The notes: generated by a model not told the origin, from the letters alone. A DNA stretch of 58,007 nucleotides from an uncultured Bdellovibrionales bacterium (GCA_964387895.1 CAYLWX010000001.1:983-58989); one strand, 5' to 3'; shown: positions 1 to 8,066, counted from the first letter of the stretch. Numbers and translations: made by a program.

Positions 1-135
1 CAAAAAGGCGGAAAAATCGCTGGCGATGCTAGACGAAAACTTGAACTTGAATCTGGAGGCAAGGTAATTTCAAAAGAAAATTACCTAACAACGCCCGAAA
101 ATACGAAAAGGATAAAAGGAAAAAATAAAAAATAA
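1..135 (+). CDS. 3' end of a gene cut by the window edge (hypothetical, Lys-rich tail)
   Basis: Frame 1 is open from base 1 to TAA at 133-135: QKGGKIAGDARRKLELESGGKVISKENYLTTPENTKRIKGKNKK*. It is not in the ORF track because its start lies outside the window. No family assigned. Confidence 0.35.
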   Translation, partial: QKGGKIAGDARRKLELESGGKVISKENYLTTPENTKRIKGKNKK

Positions 136-158
136 ATTTTCCCCCATTTTTATTAGGA

Positions 159-308
159 GGTAAAAAATTATTATTACATCATCTAACAAAGCGTATGCGG
201 TTCAGAAATTTTTCATCTATAATTTTAATAAGGAGTAAAAAATTCCTTCACCCAAATTTTTGCTTCATTTCATTACGCAAAAACTTCGCATACTCTTAAA
301 CGTTATAT
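159..308 (+). repeat. TTACATC hairpin element, copy 1 (attC-like skeleton)
   Basis: GTAAAAAATTA..TTACATC(174-180)-ATCTAAC(181-187)-AAAG-CGTATGCG ... CGCATAC-TCTTAAAC-GTTATAT(302-308). It has the same conserved flanks as copy 2 at 656-709 but a different, longer stem and loop. Confidence 0.6.
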
Positions 309-339
309 GAAATAAATTTTTACATTAATTTTTAATAAT

Positions 340-648
340 ATGGAATTAAAACAATTTATTAAAGAAGCACTATTGAGCATTACTGGTGGAGTTGACGAAG
401 CTAATAAAGAAAATAATCGATTTAAAATACTAGGAATTAAACATAATGAAAGCGGAATAGACGGCAATTACGCTGATTTTGATGTTTCTATTGTAGTTAA
501 CGAGGAGTCTGGTAGTGCGGTTGATGGCAAAGCTAAGGCATCATGGCTAAATGTTGTTTCCGCAGAAGTTGGATCAAAGATTGATCAATCGAGCGCATAT
601 CAAAATACTCAGCGTCTGACTTTTAAAGTTTATATTTCAGAAAAGTAA
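340..648 (+). CDS. small hypothetical protein, possibly Trypco2-like (trypsin-co-occurring domain 2)
   Basis: 102-aa ORF. An N-terminal helix (LKQFIKEALLSI) is followed by a beta-rich part ending QRLTFKVYI. This is the layout I recall for Trypco2-type small effector-associated domains; from memory only, not searched. Confidence 0.5.
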   Translation: MELKQFIKEALLSITGGVDEANKENNRFKILGIKHNESGIDGNYADFDVSIVVNEESGSAVDGKAKASWLNVVSAEVGSKIDQSSAYQNTQRLTFKVYISEK

Positions 649-655
649 AAAAATT

Positions 656-709
656 AATGTAAAAAATTACATCGCCTAACAAGGAATATCCGATTCCTAA
701 ACGTTGTGC
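656..709 (+). repeat. TTACATC hairpin element, copy 2 (attC-like skeleton)
   Basis: ATGTAAaaaaTTACATC-GCCTAAC(674-680)-AAGGAAT-atccg-ATTCCT-AAAC-GTTGTGC(703-709). It begins 8 nt after the stop of the 340-648 ORF. Confidence 0.6.
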
Positions 710-838
710 ATTAAATAAGGATGGTTGATAATCCAAGGAATAAAATTTTGCTTTTTCTTAATTATTTTAGAGGGGCATAAGGTGTCTTTTTTGCTTCTGG
801 AATCGCAAAAAAGACGATTTATCCCTAATTTTAAAAAT

Positions 839-1261
839 ATGAACAAAAAAATTTCGACAGGAGTCGCAGTCGGAATAATCATAATCATCTCTATAATCGT
901 CGGTGGGTATTTTTTGTTTGAATACAAAATAAACAATGCCGATGTAAACAATAATTTATTAAGCCAGAAAACAAAACAGGATCCAAAAACTAAGGATATA
1001 ACAGGAGAAAATTTAATGCAAATAAATTCATTTGAAAAGTGTGTGGAAAATAATGGCTTTAAAACAGGGGCATCTTTCCCAGGCATCTGTTATTATGAAT
1101 ATGAAAAAGGCCAATATAAAGTTTTTGTCGAACAAAGTGTTTGTGGTAATCATAAGTGCGAAAGTGTTAATTGCGAAGAAAGGGGCATTGATAAAATTGA
1201 TTGCCCTGTCCCAGAAAACATAAAAAATGTTCTATTGACTGCGAAAAAAAAGTTGCTATAG
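839..1261 (+). CDS. membrane-anchored, Cys-containing extracytoplasmic hypothetical protein
   Basis: ORF-track 725-1261 trimmed to the ATG at 839 (MNKKISTGVAVGIIIIISIIVGGYFLF), which gives a typical N-terminal signal anchor. The C-terminal part carries 7 Cys (CVENNGF..GICYY..CGNHKCESVNCEERGIDKIDC). Confidence 0.55.
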   Translation: MNKKISTGVAVGIIIIISIIVGGYFLFEYKINNADVNNNLLSQKTKQDPKTKDITGENLMQINSFEKCVENNGFKTGASFPGICYYEYEKGQYKVFVEQSVCGNHKCESVNCEERGIDKIDCPVPENIKNVLLTAKKKLL

Positions 1262-1268
1262 CAATGTT

Positions 1269-1336
1269 AAAACAAAATGATTTACATCGTGCCTCGGATA
1301 AGGCATAATTTAGCTTGAAAACCGACATTTTGTTTT
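1269..1336 (+). repeat. hairpin element with TTACATC core, copy 3
   Basis: A perfect 11-bp inverted repeat, AAAACAAAATG (1269-1279) / CATTTTGTTTT (1326-1336), encloses TTACATCG (1282-1289) and the inner hairpin TGCCT-cggata-AGGCA. It starts 8 nt after the stop of the 839-1261 ORF. Confidence 0.55.
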
Positions 1337-1338
1337 GA

Positions 1339-1863
1339 GAGAGCTATACATGGAAACTATACAACAATGAACAATATGGATTTGAGTTTCAGTATCCTGA
1401 TAACGAAAAGTTTGGCATAAAAAATTTTGAAAAAAATTTAAGTATACAGATCGTCCAAAATATAAGCATCAGTATTTATTTTAATAAAGAGATATTAAGC
1501 TCATTAGAATACCCATGGAATAATTTTGGGCAAGAGCTTATAAAATTGCAAAAGGACTATACTTCTTATAGTAAGGATTTAAATTCAAAAAATAGGAGTC
1601 GCTGTAAGGATATGCCGGATTGCGGACCTTATCATTACAATATTTTAAAAAGAAAAATTGATGGTGTTTCTGCGATTGATTATCGCTAAAATAGCGTCGG
1701 AGGACCGGATAGAAGCATTATTTTTGAAAAAAACGGACAAATTTTTTACTTTTATCATAGTGCTTTTTATCCGCTGAATGAAGCTGATTTCTCAATAATT
1801 AAGGATGTTCAAGAATATGATGATTTTGAAAAAATCCTTTCCACTTTCAAATTTACGAATTAG
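1339..1863 (+). pseudogene. decayed gene for a secreted-type protein (no start codon, in-frame TAA)
   Basis: Frame 1 is open from the TGA at 1336-1338. It reads ESYTWKLYNNEQYGFEFQYPDNEKFG...DGVSAIDYR, then TAA at 1687-1689, then NSVGGPDRSIIFEKNGQIFYFYHSAFYPLNEADFSIIKDVQEYDDFEKILSTFKFTN and TAG at 1861-1863. There is no ATG/GTG/TTG at the 5' end. The W-K-x-Y-x-N-E-x-YGFEF-x-YP block normally follows a signal peptide, which is missing here. Confidence 0.45.
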
Positions 1864-1893
1864 TTTTTTCTTTTGACTCTGCCATGAATTTGT

Positions 1894-1920
1894 ATACATC
1901 CACCTGTTACATCCACCTTG
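1894..1920 (+). repeat. tandem direct repeat (A/T)TACATCCACCT x2
   Basis: ATACATCCACCTG (1894-1906) is immediately followed by TTACATCCACCTTG (1907-1920), 31 nt after the pseudogene stop. Confidence 0.6.
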
Positions 1921-1943
1921 TCTTATTATAGTGGAAGTGTTAT

Positions 1944-2004
1944 TATTAGAATAAGATAATAAGTTATTCTAATACAGTAGAATAAGGCCAGTCCCTATTC
2001 TAAT
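1944..2004. promoter_or_regulatory. operator-like palindromes upstream of fic
   Basis: TATTAGAATAA (1944-1954) and TTATTCTAATA (1964-1974) form a perfect 11-bp inverted repeat with a 9-nt spacer. A third half-site, TATTCTAAT, lies at 1996-2004, 7 nt before the fic ATG. TAGAATAAGG lies at 1978-1987. Confidence 0.45.
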
Positions 2005-2011
2005 CACTAAA

Positions 2012-3115
2012 ATGGCTAAAAAACCCTTCAATCCGCCAAAATTACCTCCAAAAATTGATTATGAGCCTCTGATTGGTCACATAACCAAAGCGCATCGCGC
2101 TATTGCCAGTTTAGACGCGCTCTTAAGCACATTGCCGAATCCAAGCTTGCTCGGTCGCACTTTGCAAACCAAGGAGGCAGTTTTGAGTTCGCAAATTGAG
2201 GGTACGCAAGCTACGCTGGACGAGGTTTTTAAATACGAAGCTATTAACGATAAAACTGGAAGTGAAAGGAAAAAGCAAGATATCACAGAAATTATTAACT
2301 ATCGTAGAGCGCTGGATTTGGGAATAAAAAATTTGGAGACCTTGCCATTATCAGAAAATCTGATCAAAAAGATTCACGCAATTTTGTTAAAATCTGGACG
2401 TGGCGCAAATAAAGCCCCTGGTGAATTTCGAAAAATTCAAGTTTACATCGGTATGCCCGGCGCTGACATTTCCGAAGCGTCGTATATTCCGCCGACTGCC
2501 GATGAAATTATTCCGCTGTTTTCTAATTTGGAAAAATATCTGAACTCGGATGAAGAAAAAGATAAATTGGTGCAAATTGCAGTGGCACATTATCAATTTG
2601 AAGCCATTCATCCGTTTTTGGACGGCAACGGCCGCGTTGGTCGCTTGATAATTTCCTTATTTTTATATGAGAAAAAACTTCTTTCTCATCCTTTCTTGTA
2701 TTTGAGTGAATTTTTCGAGGAGCATCGCCAAGATTATTATGAACTACTCCGAGGCGTAAGCGAAAAAAATGACTGGGGAAAATGGATTAAATTTTTTCTC
2801 AACGCTTTGACTATTCAAGCGCAAAAAGCGGAAGAAGCAGGCCGATCAATTTTAAAATTGCACCAAGAGCTCAAAGAACAAATCACGGGAATAAACTCGC
2901 AATATGCACCGTATTTATTGGATGCGATTTTCGTGCGTCCAATTTTCACCACATCCAGTTTGCATAAGCATGTGAAAATTAAAAATACCCAGACATTTTT
3001 CAGTTTGATTGCCAAATTTGTCGATGCTGGAATTTTAAAAGAAGTTGACCCGAAACAGAAAAGGAACAAAGTTTACGCATTTGATATGCTTATGAAGATA
3101 TTAAACAAATCATAA
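2012..3115 (+). CDS. fic: Fic family protein (AMPylase-type, with N-terminal Fic_N region)
   Basis: Canonical Fic motif HPFLDGNGRVGR. The N-terminal S-x-x-x-E-G inhibitory-helix motif is present (SSQIEG). The size (367 aa) is typical. Confidence 0.9.
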   Translation: MAKKPFNPPKLPPKIDYEPLIGHITKAHRAIASLDALLSTLPNPSLLGRTLQTKEAVLSSQIEGTQATLDEVFKYEAINDKTGSERKKQDITEIINYRRALDLGIKNLETLPLSENLIKKIHAILLKSGRGANKAPGEFRKIQVYIGMPGADISEASYIPPTADEIIPLFSNLEKYLNSDEEKDKLVQIAVAHYQFEAIHPFLDGNGRVGRLIISLFLYEKKLLSHPFLYLSEFFEEHRQDYYELLRGVSEKNDWGKWIKFFLNALTIQAQKAEEAGRSILKLHQELKEQITGINSQYAPYLLDAIFVRPIFTTSSLHKHVKIKNTQTFFSLIAKFVDAGILKEVDPKQKRNKVYAFDMLMKILNKS

Positions 3116-3126
3116 GGAATTTTTGA

Positions 3127-3159
3127 TTTTGGGCATTCACCCCTTACCCCTGCCCAAAA
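3127..3159. repeat. GC-loop hairpin (GGGCATTCACCCC family), likely bidirectional terminator between fic and polA
   Basis: Stem TTTTGGGCA (3127-3135) / TGCCCAAAA (3151-3159) with loop TTCACCCCTTACCCC. It shares the GGGCATTCACCCCnnnCCCCT core with the hairpin at 24224-24268. It lies between convergent genes. Confidence 0.6.
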
Positions 3160-3188
3160 TTCAAAACAGAAAAAGCGAAACCTTATTT

Positions 3189-5954
3189 TTAAACCTCCCC
3201 CCAATTCTCCCCCGTCTCAACATTCACCACCAACGGTACTTTTAGCGCGTACGCTTTCTCCATAATTTCTTTCACTTGCTTCGCTACTTCGTCTGCCCTA
3301 TCACTTTTGACTTCCAGAATAATTTCGTCATGCACCTGCAAAAGCATCCGCGCGTCCGGATTGTTTTTGAACGCTTCATACACATGAATCATGGCCAGTT
3401 TCATAATGTCCGCGGAGAGTCCCTGAATAGGCATGTTGATAGCCATGCGTTCGGCGGCGCTGACCAGTTGGAAATTGGATGAATTGATTTCGGGAATATA
3501 GCGGATTCTTCCCATTTGTGTTTCCACATAGCCGTTTTTTCGGGCAAATTGTTTAACCTCTTCCAGATATTTTGCCACGCCGGAAAATTTATTCATATAT
3601 TCTTTGATAAATTTTTCCGCTTCTTCACGCGAAATACCGGCGCTTTGGGAAAAACCGTAAGCACCCATGCCGTAGATAATACCGAAATTTAATTCTTTGG
3701 CCCGATAGCGCATATCATGAGTCACTTCTTCCAGAAGAACCTTATTAATCACCGCCGCGGTCGCGCGATGCACGTCCTCGCCTTTTAAAAATGTTTCGAT
3801 AAGCGCCTCGTCCCCGCTCATATGCGCCATCACCCGAAGATCGATTTGGGAATAATCCGCGCTAACAAGTTTATATCCCTTTTCTGCCACAAATGCCGTG
3901 CGCAAGAGTTGTCCTAAATCGGTTCGAATAGGAATGTTTTGCAAATTAGGATCCGAAGAAGAAAGACGGCCCGTCGCCGTTACCGCCTGGTTGAATTCGG
4001 TGTGGATACGGGAGTTCTCATCCGCCATCACCGGAAGCGTATCAATATAGGTAGTTTTTAACTTGAACAATTCGCGGTAACGTTCGATTTTTTCAATCAC
4101 TTTATGCTCCGACCGGATTTTGGACAATTCTTCCGCCGCGGTGGAATAGCCGGTTTTTATTTTTTTTATTTCATCCGTAGAAATTTTGAGCTTCTCAAAT
4201 AATATCGCGGCAAGCTGGCGTGAAGAGTTAATGTTAAATGTTTCTCCCGTGAGCGTGTAGATAGCTTCTTCCAGGTCTTTAATCTCTTTTTCTATTTTGT
4301 CGGATATACGTATAAACACTTCCGGGTTAAGGGTAACACCGAGCATTTCCATTTTCGCGAGTACGGGAATAAACGGCATCTCCAGATTTCTAAAAACACT
4401 TTCAAGATTGCCCGTATTTTTATCCACTTTTCCATGATGCTTGTCCTGATCTTTGGAAGTTTCTTCTATTCTTTTTTTGTATATTTGTTCCAGGCGTAAA
4501 ATATAATTAGCGCGAATACATGCTTTTCTGGCTGCGTCTCCATCCGATTCGATGCCCAGCGCCAGCTGTCCTTTGCTATTTTCCGCTTCAACTTCTTCCC
4601 CAATTTCCGAAAGCACGATATTTTCAAATTTTAACCGCCCGCCGGAAATTCCGCCCCCCGCGTTCAAAAGATAGGCCGCCAGCATCACGTCAAAAGAAAG
4701 TCCTTGTAATTTTATATTATATTTTTCCAACGCCTGTACTTCATGCTTTAAGTTATACCCGATTTTTCCGACATGCTTATTTTCCAGAACGGGTTTTAGT
4801 TTTTTAAGATTTTCTTCGGCATAAGAAACATACCCCTCGGCAAGTTCACCTTTGACGGAACTGTAAGAAATAGCAATGCCTTGCAAGTCGGCTTTAAAAT
4901 ATTTTTTATTCTCCAACAGCCGTACGTTAAGATGAATGGCAATCTCTTTTTGTTCGGCCAGAATTTTTACGAATGTATCCAGTTCCGCGCCTTCAAAAGA
5001 ATCAACCCGTAGGGGCGACCCTTGCGGTCGCCCTCGTCGGGCGGGCGCAAGACCCTCCCCTGCGGAAATTTTTTTACCGTTTTCCGGAATCCTTTTCACT
5101 AAAGAATTAAACCCTAATTCCTGGAAAATTTTTACCACCTTCTCTCGATCAAAATCTTTGACTACCGCTTTGGAAATATCCAACTCAACCGGGACATCTC
5201 GCACGATAGAAGCCAGTCGTTTACTCATTACCGCGCTATCTCTTCCTTTTTCCAATTTTTCCCGCACAGACGGTTTTAGTTTTGAAAGCGAATCATAAAT
5301 TTCATCCAAAGTTCCATATTCTTTGATCAATTCCACTGCTGTTTTTTCGCCAATACCTTTCACGCCAGGAATATTATCCGACGCGTCCCCTCGTAACGCT
5401 TTAAAGTCAACGAATTGTTCCGGCGTGAGCCCGTAACGCTCCCGGACTAACTTTTCATCATAAAGAACGACATCACTCATCCCTTTTCGAAGCGCGTATA
5501 CTCTTGTTTTCGGACTCACTAATTGCAAGGTGTCCATGTCGCCAGTCACGATAATATTTTCAATCGCTTCTTCGTTCTGTTCTGATTGCGCTACCATGGT
5601 TCCGATTACATCATCCGCTTCAAATCCAGGCGCCTCGCAAATGGGAATATTAAACGCCCGCACTATTTCTTTTATTCTTGCTATCTGCGCGTACAACTCA
5701 TCCGGCGCTTTGACTCTGTGGGCCTTGTATTGTTCATATTCCTCATGGCGAAATGTTTTTCCTGGCAAATCAAAAGAGGCCAGAAGATAGTCCGGGTCAA
5801 GCTCCTTGATCACGCGAAGCAGCACACTCGAGAATCCGTACACCGCGTTTACCAGCTCTCCTTTTTTGGTAGTAAGCGGCGGCAATGCGTGAAACGCCCG
5901 ATGAATAAGCGCGTTTCCGTCAAGAAGAACTAATTTTTTGGGAGTTTTGGCCAT
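3189..5954 (-). CDS. polA: DNA polymerase I (5'-3' exonuclease plus polymerase; central exo-like domain appears degenerate)
   Basis: 921 aa. The N-terminus LLDGNALIHRAFHA...DNIPGVKGIGEKTA is FEN-like. The C-terminus carries family-A motifs (DYSQIDLRV, RYRAKELNFGIIYG, QVHDEIILE). Confidence 0.95.
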   Translation of the reverse strand: MAKTPKKLVLLDGNALIHRAFHALPPLTTKKGELVNAVYGFSSVLLRVIKELDPDYLLASFDLPGKTFRHEEYEQYKAHRVKAPDELYAQIARIKEIVRAFNIPICEAPGFEADDVIGTMVAQSEQNEEAIENIIVTGDMDTLQLVSPKTRVYALRKGMSDVVLYDEKLVRERYGLTPEQFVDFKALRGDASDNIPGVKGIGEKTAVELIKEYGTLDEIYDSLSKLKPSVREKLEKGRDSAVMSKRLASIVRDVPVELDISKAVVKDFDREKVVKIFQELGFNSLVKRIPENGKKISAGEGLAPARRGRPQGSPLRVDSFEGAELDTFVKILAEQKEIAIHLNVRLLENKKYFKADLQGIAISYSSVKGELAEGYVSYAEENLKKLKPVLENKHVGKIGYNLKHEVQALEKYNIKLQGLSFDVMLAAYLLNAGGGISGGRLKFENIVLSEIGEEVEAENSKGQLALGIESDGDAARKACIRANYILRLEQIYKKRIEETSKDQDKHHGKVDKNTGNLESVFRNLEMPFIPVLAKMEMLGVTLNPEVFIRISDKIEKEIKDLEEAIYTLTGETFNINSSRQLAAILFEKLKISTDEIKKIKTGYSTAAEELSKIRSEHKVIEKIERYRELFKLKTTYIDTLPVMADENSRIHTEFNQAVTATGRLSSSDPNLQNIPIRTDLGQLLRTAFVAEKGYKLVSADYSQIDLRVMAHMSGDEALIETFLKGEDVHRATAAVINKVLLEEVTHDMRYRAKELNFGIIYGMGAYGFSQSAGISREEAEKFIKEYMNKFSGVAKYLEEVKQFARKNGYVETQMGRIRYIPEINSSNFQLVSAAERMAINMPIQGLSADIMKLAMIHVYEAFKNNPDARMLLQVHDEIILEVKSDRADEVAKQVKEIMEKAYALKVPLVVNVETGENWGEV
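5007..5065. repeat. GC-rich nested palindromic element inserted in frame in polA
   Basis: Outer stem CCGTAGGGG (5007-5015) ... CCCCTGCGG (5057-5065). Inner perfect hairpin GGGCGACC-cttgc-GGTCGCCC. It encodes the Gly/Pro/Arg-rich linker SAGEGLAPARRGRPQGSPLRV between the 5'-nuclease and the exo-like domain. Confidence 0.7.
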
Positions 5955-6015
5955 AGATTGACAAAAAAGGTCAATTTTGCTATACTTTTCTTAGAATTAC
6001 CACGAAAAGACCCCA

Positions 6016-6537
6016 TTAAGATTTTGTGCTTGATGGGTGCTTTTTATTTTTATACTCCAGCTTATCCTTTAAGTCATTCATAAATGCCAGTTTGTTTGCT
6101 GCTGCTTTTTTGAGCAACCCTGAATAGCTGAACCTGTCTGGAACCAGAACTTTTTCCAATTTTTTCTGGCTAAAGAGATATCGCACAAGACAATGAAAAT
6201 CCCCGTCTCCTGTCACTATGACCGCTTTATTATAACTCGCGTAATCAATCATTGCCTGCAAAACCAGTTCCGCGTCACAGTTACCTTTTACCCGCCCGTC
6301 CTTATATCGAAGTGTCGGCTTGAAAATAAGGACATAGCCGTATTTTTGCAAAGAATTGTATAAGTCCTGGTTTTCCGGGAGATATCCAATAAACAAATAC
6401 GCTACCGCAACGTCATATTTTTCTTTTAGGTATATTCTAAAACGAAAAAAGTCTAATCTCCAGCCCAGTCTTTGTATAGACAGATTCAGATTCTGGCTGT
6501 CGATGAAAGCATAGTTTTTTATCTCTGTTTTGGCCAT
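6016..6537 (-). CDS. NYN (LabA/DUF88-like, PIN-fold) domain protein
   Basis: YAFIDSQNLNL near the N-terminus and VIVTGDGDF later, the two signature acidic blocks of NYN-domain proteins. 173 aa. Confidence 0.8.
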   Translation of the reverse strand: MAKTEIKNYAFIDSQNLNLSIQRLGWRLDFFRFRIYLKEKYDVAVAYLFIGYLPENQDLYNSLQKYGYVLIFKPTLRYKDGRVKGNCDAELVLQAMIDYASYNKAVIVTGDGDFHCLVRYLFSQKKLEKVLVPDRFSYSGLLKKAAANKLAFMNDLKDKLEYKNKKHPSSTKS

Positions 6538-6543
6538 GATTTT

Positions 6544-6632
6544 AGTATAGTAGGAGAGGGAGTATCGCGCAATGCGTATTTACTGTTTTTTGTCTGAAAT
6601 ATGATTTTTCTGATTTAATGATTTCATGATTT
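6544..6632 (-). promoter_or_regulatory. -10 box 6 nt upstream of the NYN gene ATG, plus TGATTT x4 array
   Basis: On the minus strand, TATACT (6544-6549) is followed by 6 nt and then the ATG at 6537, with no Shine-Dalgarno. The plus strand carries TGATTT at 6602, 6611, 6619 and 6627, with 8-9 nt periodicity. Confidence 0.4.
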
Positions 6633-6800
6633 TATTTTAAAAAACTAAGACATCCCGCCTGAATTTACAAGTTTAAAAATAATCAAGGCAATCATTGAAC
6701 CAGGAGAATCATGGTTCAGACCAAAAAAGTATTGCTTTCCATATTTTATAGTTGTATAATGAAATTATGGAAATAAACAAATAATAATTATTAAAAAACT

Positions 6801-7208
6801 ATGACCCCATTCGAGATGCCCGTCGTGGCAACCAAAAAACCAGAAGAAGACCCCAGAGAAAAAGCAAAACTTCACTACGACGCCGTAAGAGCGGAATACG
6901 GACAAATGGCAGGTGACATTGAAGAAGTTTTGAACCAAACGAACGCAGCTGAGTACCTCAATAACAACTCTCCGCAAACACTTAAAGAACTGTTTGACGA
7001 CGCGGTAAGCAAACTGGAAATCAAACCGGAGCTTATTCCGACTGTCACAAGAGACGTGCTTGACGCAATGAGATCAGCGGCAAGAAAAGGAAAATTTACA
7101 TATGAAGACTATTCATTTGACGCAATACGAAAAGCATTAGGGGAAAAGTTTCAAAATTCATCCATATTGTCGGTAAAGGAGAAAAAAACGGCAAGGGATT
7201 TTGACTAG
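6801..7208 (+). CDS. hypothetical protein
   Basis: 135-aa ORF with a coding-like, acidic/helical composition. It is followed by a terminator hairpin. No family recognised. Confidence 0.6.
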   Translation: MTPFEMPVVATKKPEEDPREKAKLHYDAVRAEYGQMAGDIEEVLNQTNAAEYLNNNSPQTLKELFDDAVSKLEIKPELIPTVTRDVLDAMRSAARKGKFTYEDYSFDAIRKALGEKFQNSSILSVKEKKTARDFD

Positions 7209-7230
7209 AGAATATTGTGCTTAGATAATA

Positions 7231-7267
7231 AACAAGGGCGTATGCGATTACGCTCTTGTTTTATTTT
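7231..7267. terminator. bidirectional intrinsic terminator
   Basis: AACAAGGGCGTA (7231-7242) / TACGCTCTTGTT (7249-7260) form a 12-bp stem with one mismatch, followed by TTTATTTT. It lies between the convergent genes 6801-7208 and 7325-7960. Confidence 0.65.
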
Positions 7268-7324
7268 GAACTTCAAGCAGGTTTAGAGGCAGATATTGGT
7301 CTTTATTGTTTATTTCTACTTTTT

Positions 7325-7960
7325 CTACTTCTCCACCAGCTCCACTCCTTCAATCACCACATCCTCCACGGGATGATCATTGGCACCGGTTTTTACGTTT
7401 TCAATTTTGTCTACCACATCCATTCCTTCAGTCACTTCTCCAAAGTTTGTATGCTTACCGTCAAGCCACGGGGTAGCTTTTTGCGTCACGATAAAGAATT
7501 GGGATCCGTTGGTATTCCGGCCGGAGTTAGCCATGGCCAGTGATCCGCGCACCAATTTATGATTGTTGATTTCGTCTTTGAAGGTATATCCGGGACCGCC
7601 CGTTCCATCATCGGCCCAGTTATTATCTTTCGAATTTGGATCTCCCGACTGAATCATGAAGCCCTTGATCACCCGATGAAATTTCACACTGTTATAAAAT
7701 CCGTCAGAGGAAAGTTTCAAAAAATTGTTCACCGTCACCGGCGCGTCCGCATTATAAAATTTTATTTTAATATCCCCGTAGTTAGTCTTCAACACCGCCG
7801 CATCATATTTTTCCGCGTACGGCAAAGATTCTTTTGAGATAGATTCTTCTTTCTTTACTTCTGCAGGGGTTTCTTTCGGCTGCTCTTCGGGTGTTCTGGA
7901 AATAAACAACCATCCCGCGACCAGGAAGATAAACAATAGAAGGATTAATTTGAAATTCAT
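7325..7960 (-). CDS. ppiB: cyclophilin-type peptidyl-prolyl cis-trans isomerase with N-terminal signal anchor
   Basis: [15 protein letters not shown]...[18 protein letters not shown] are cyclophilin signature blocks. The start is moved from the GTG at 7987 to the ATG at 7960 ([20 protein letters not shown]). Confidence 0.9.
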   Translation of the reverse strand: MNFKLILLLFIFLVAGWLFISRTPEEQPKETPAEVKKEESISKESLPYAEKYDAAVLKTNYGDIKIKFYNADAPVTVNNFLKLSSDGFYNSVKFHRVIKGFMIQSGDPNSKDNNWADDGTGGPGYTFKDEINNHKLVRGSLAMANSGRNTNGSQFFIVTQKATPWLDGKHTNFGEVTEGMDVVDKIENVKTGANDHPVEDVVIEGVELVEK

Positions 7961-7970
7961 TTTTTTGTCT

Positions 7971-8066
7971 GAACCACTGATTCGCACTGATTAAACATGA
8001 TTTCACAGATTATACAAAAAATATCAGTGGAATCAGTGTAATCACGTGTTAATCAGTGGTTCTGAT
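7971..8066. repeat. array of inverted (C)ACTGATT / AATCAGT(G) heptamers
   Basis: GAACCACTGATTcgCACTGATTaaaCATGATTtcaCAGATT ... ATCAGTGgAATCAGTGtAATCACgtgttAATCAGTGGTTC. The outer arms GAACCACTGATT and AATCAGTGGTTC are perfect complements. The array spans the ppiB upstream region and the last codons of tsaE. Confidence 0.6.

Noticed and set aside
195-302. 35-aa ORF (MRFRNFSSIILIRSKKF...) between the partial gene and the Trypco2-like ORF
   Set aside because: It lies entirely inside the stem-loop of TTACATC element copy 1, has low-complexity composition and has no ribosome-binding site.
697-1086. 129-aa minus-strand hydrophobic ORF
   Set aside because: It is antisense to the better-supported 839-1261 gene, which has a signal anchor and a Cys pattern, and it is rich in Phe/Ile from the AT-rich complement.
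3276-5933. Plus-strand ORFs inside polA (3276-3482, 4520-4807, 4936-5298, 5530-5790, 5586-5933)
   Set aside because: They are antisense shadows of a clearly conserved 921-aa gene.
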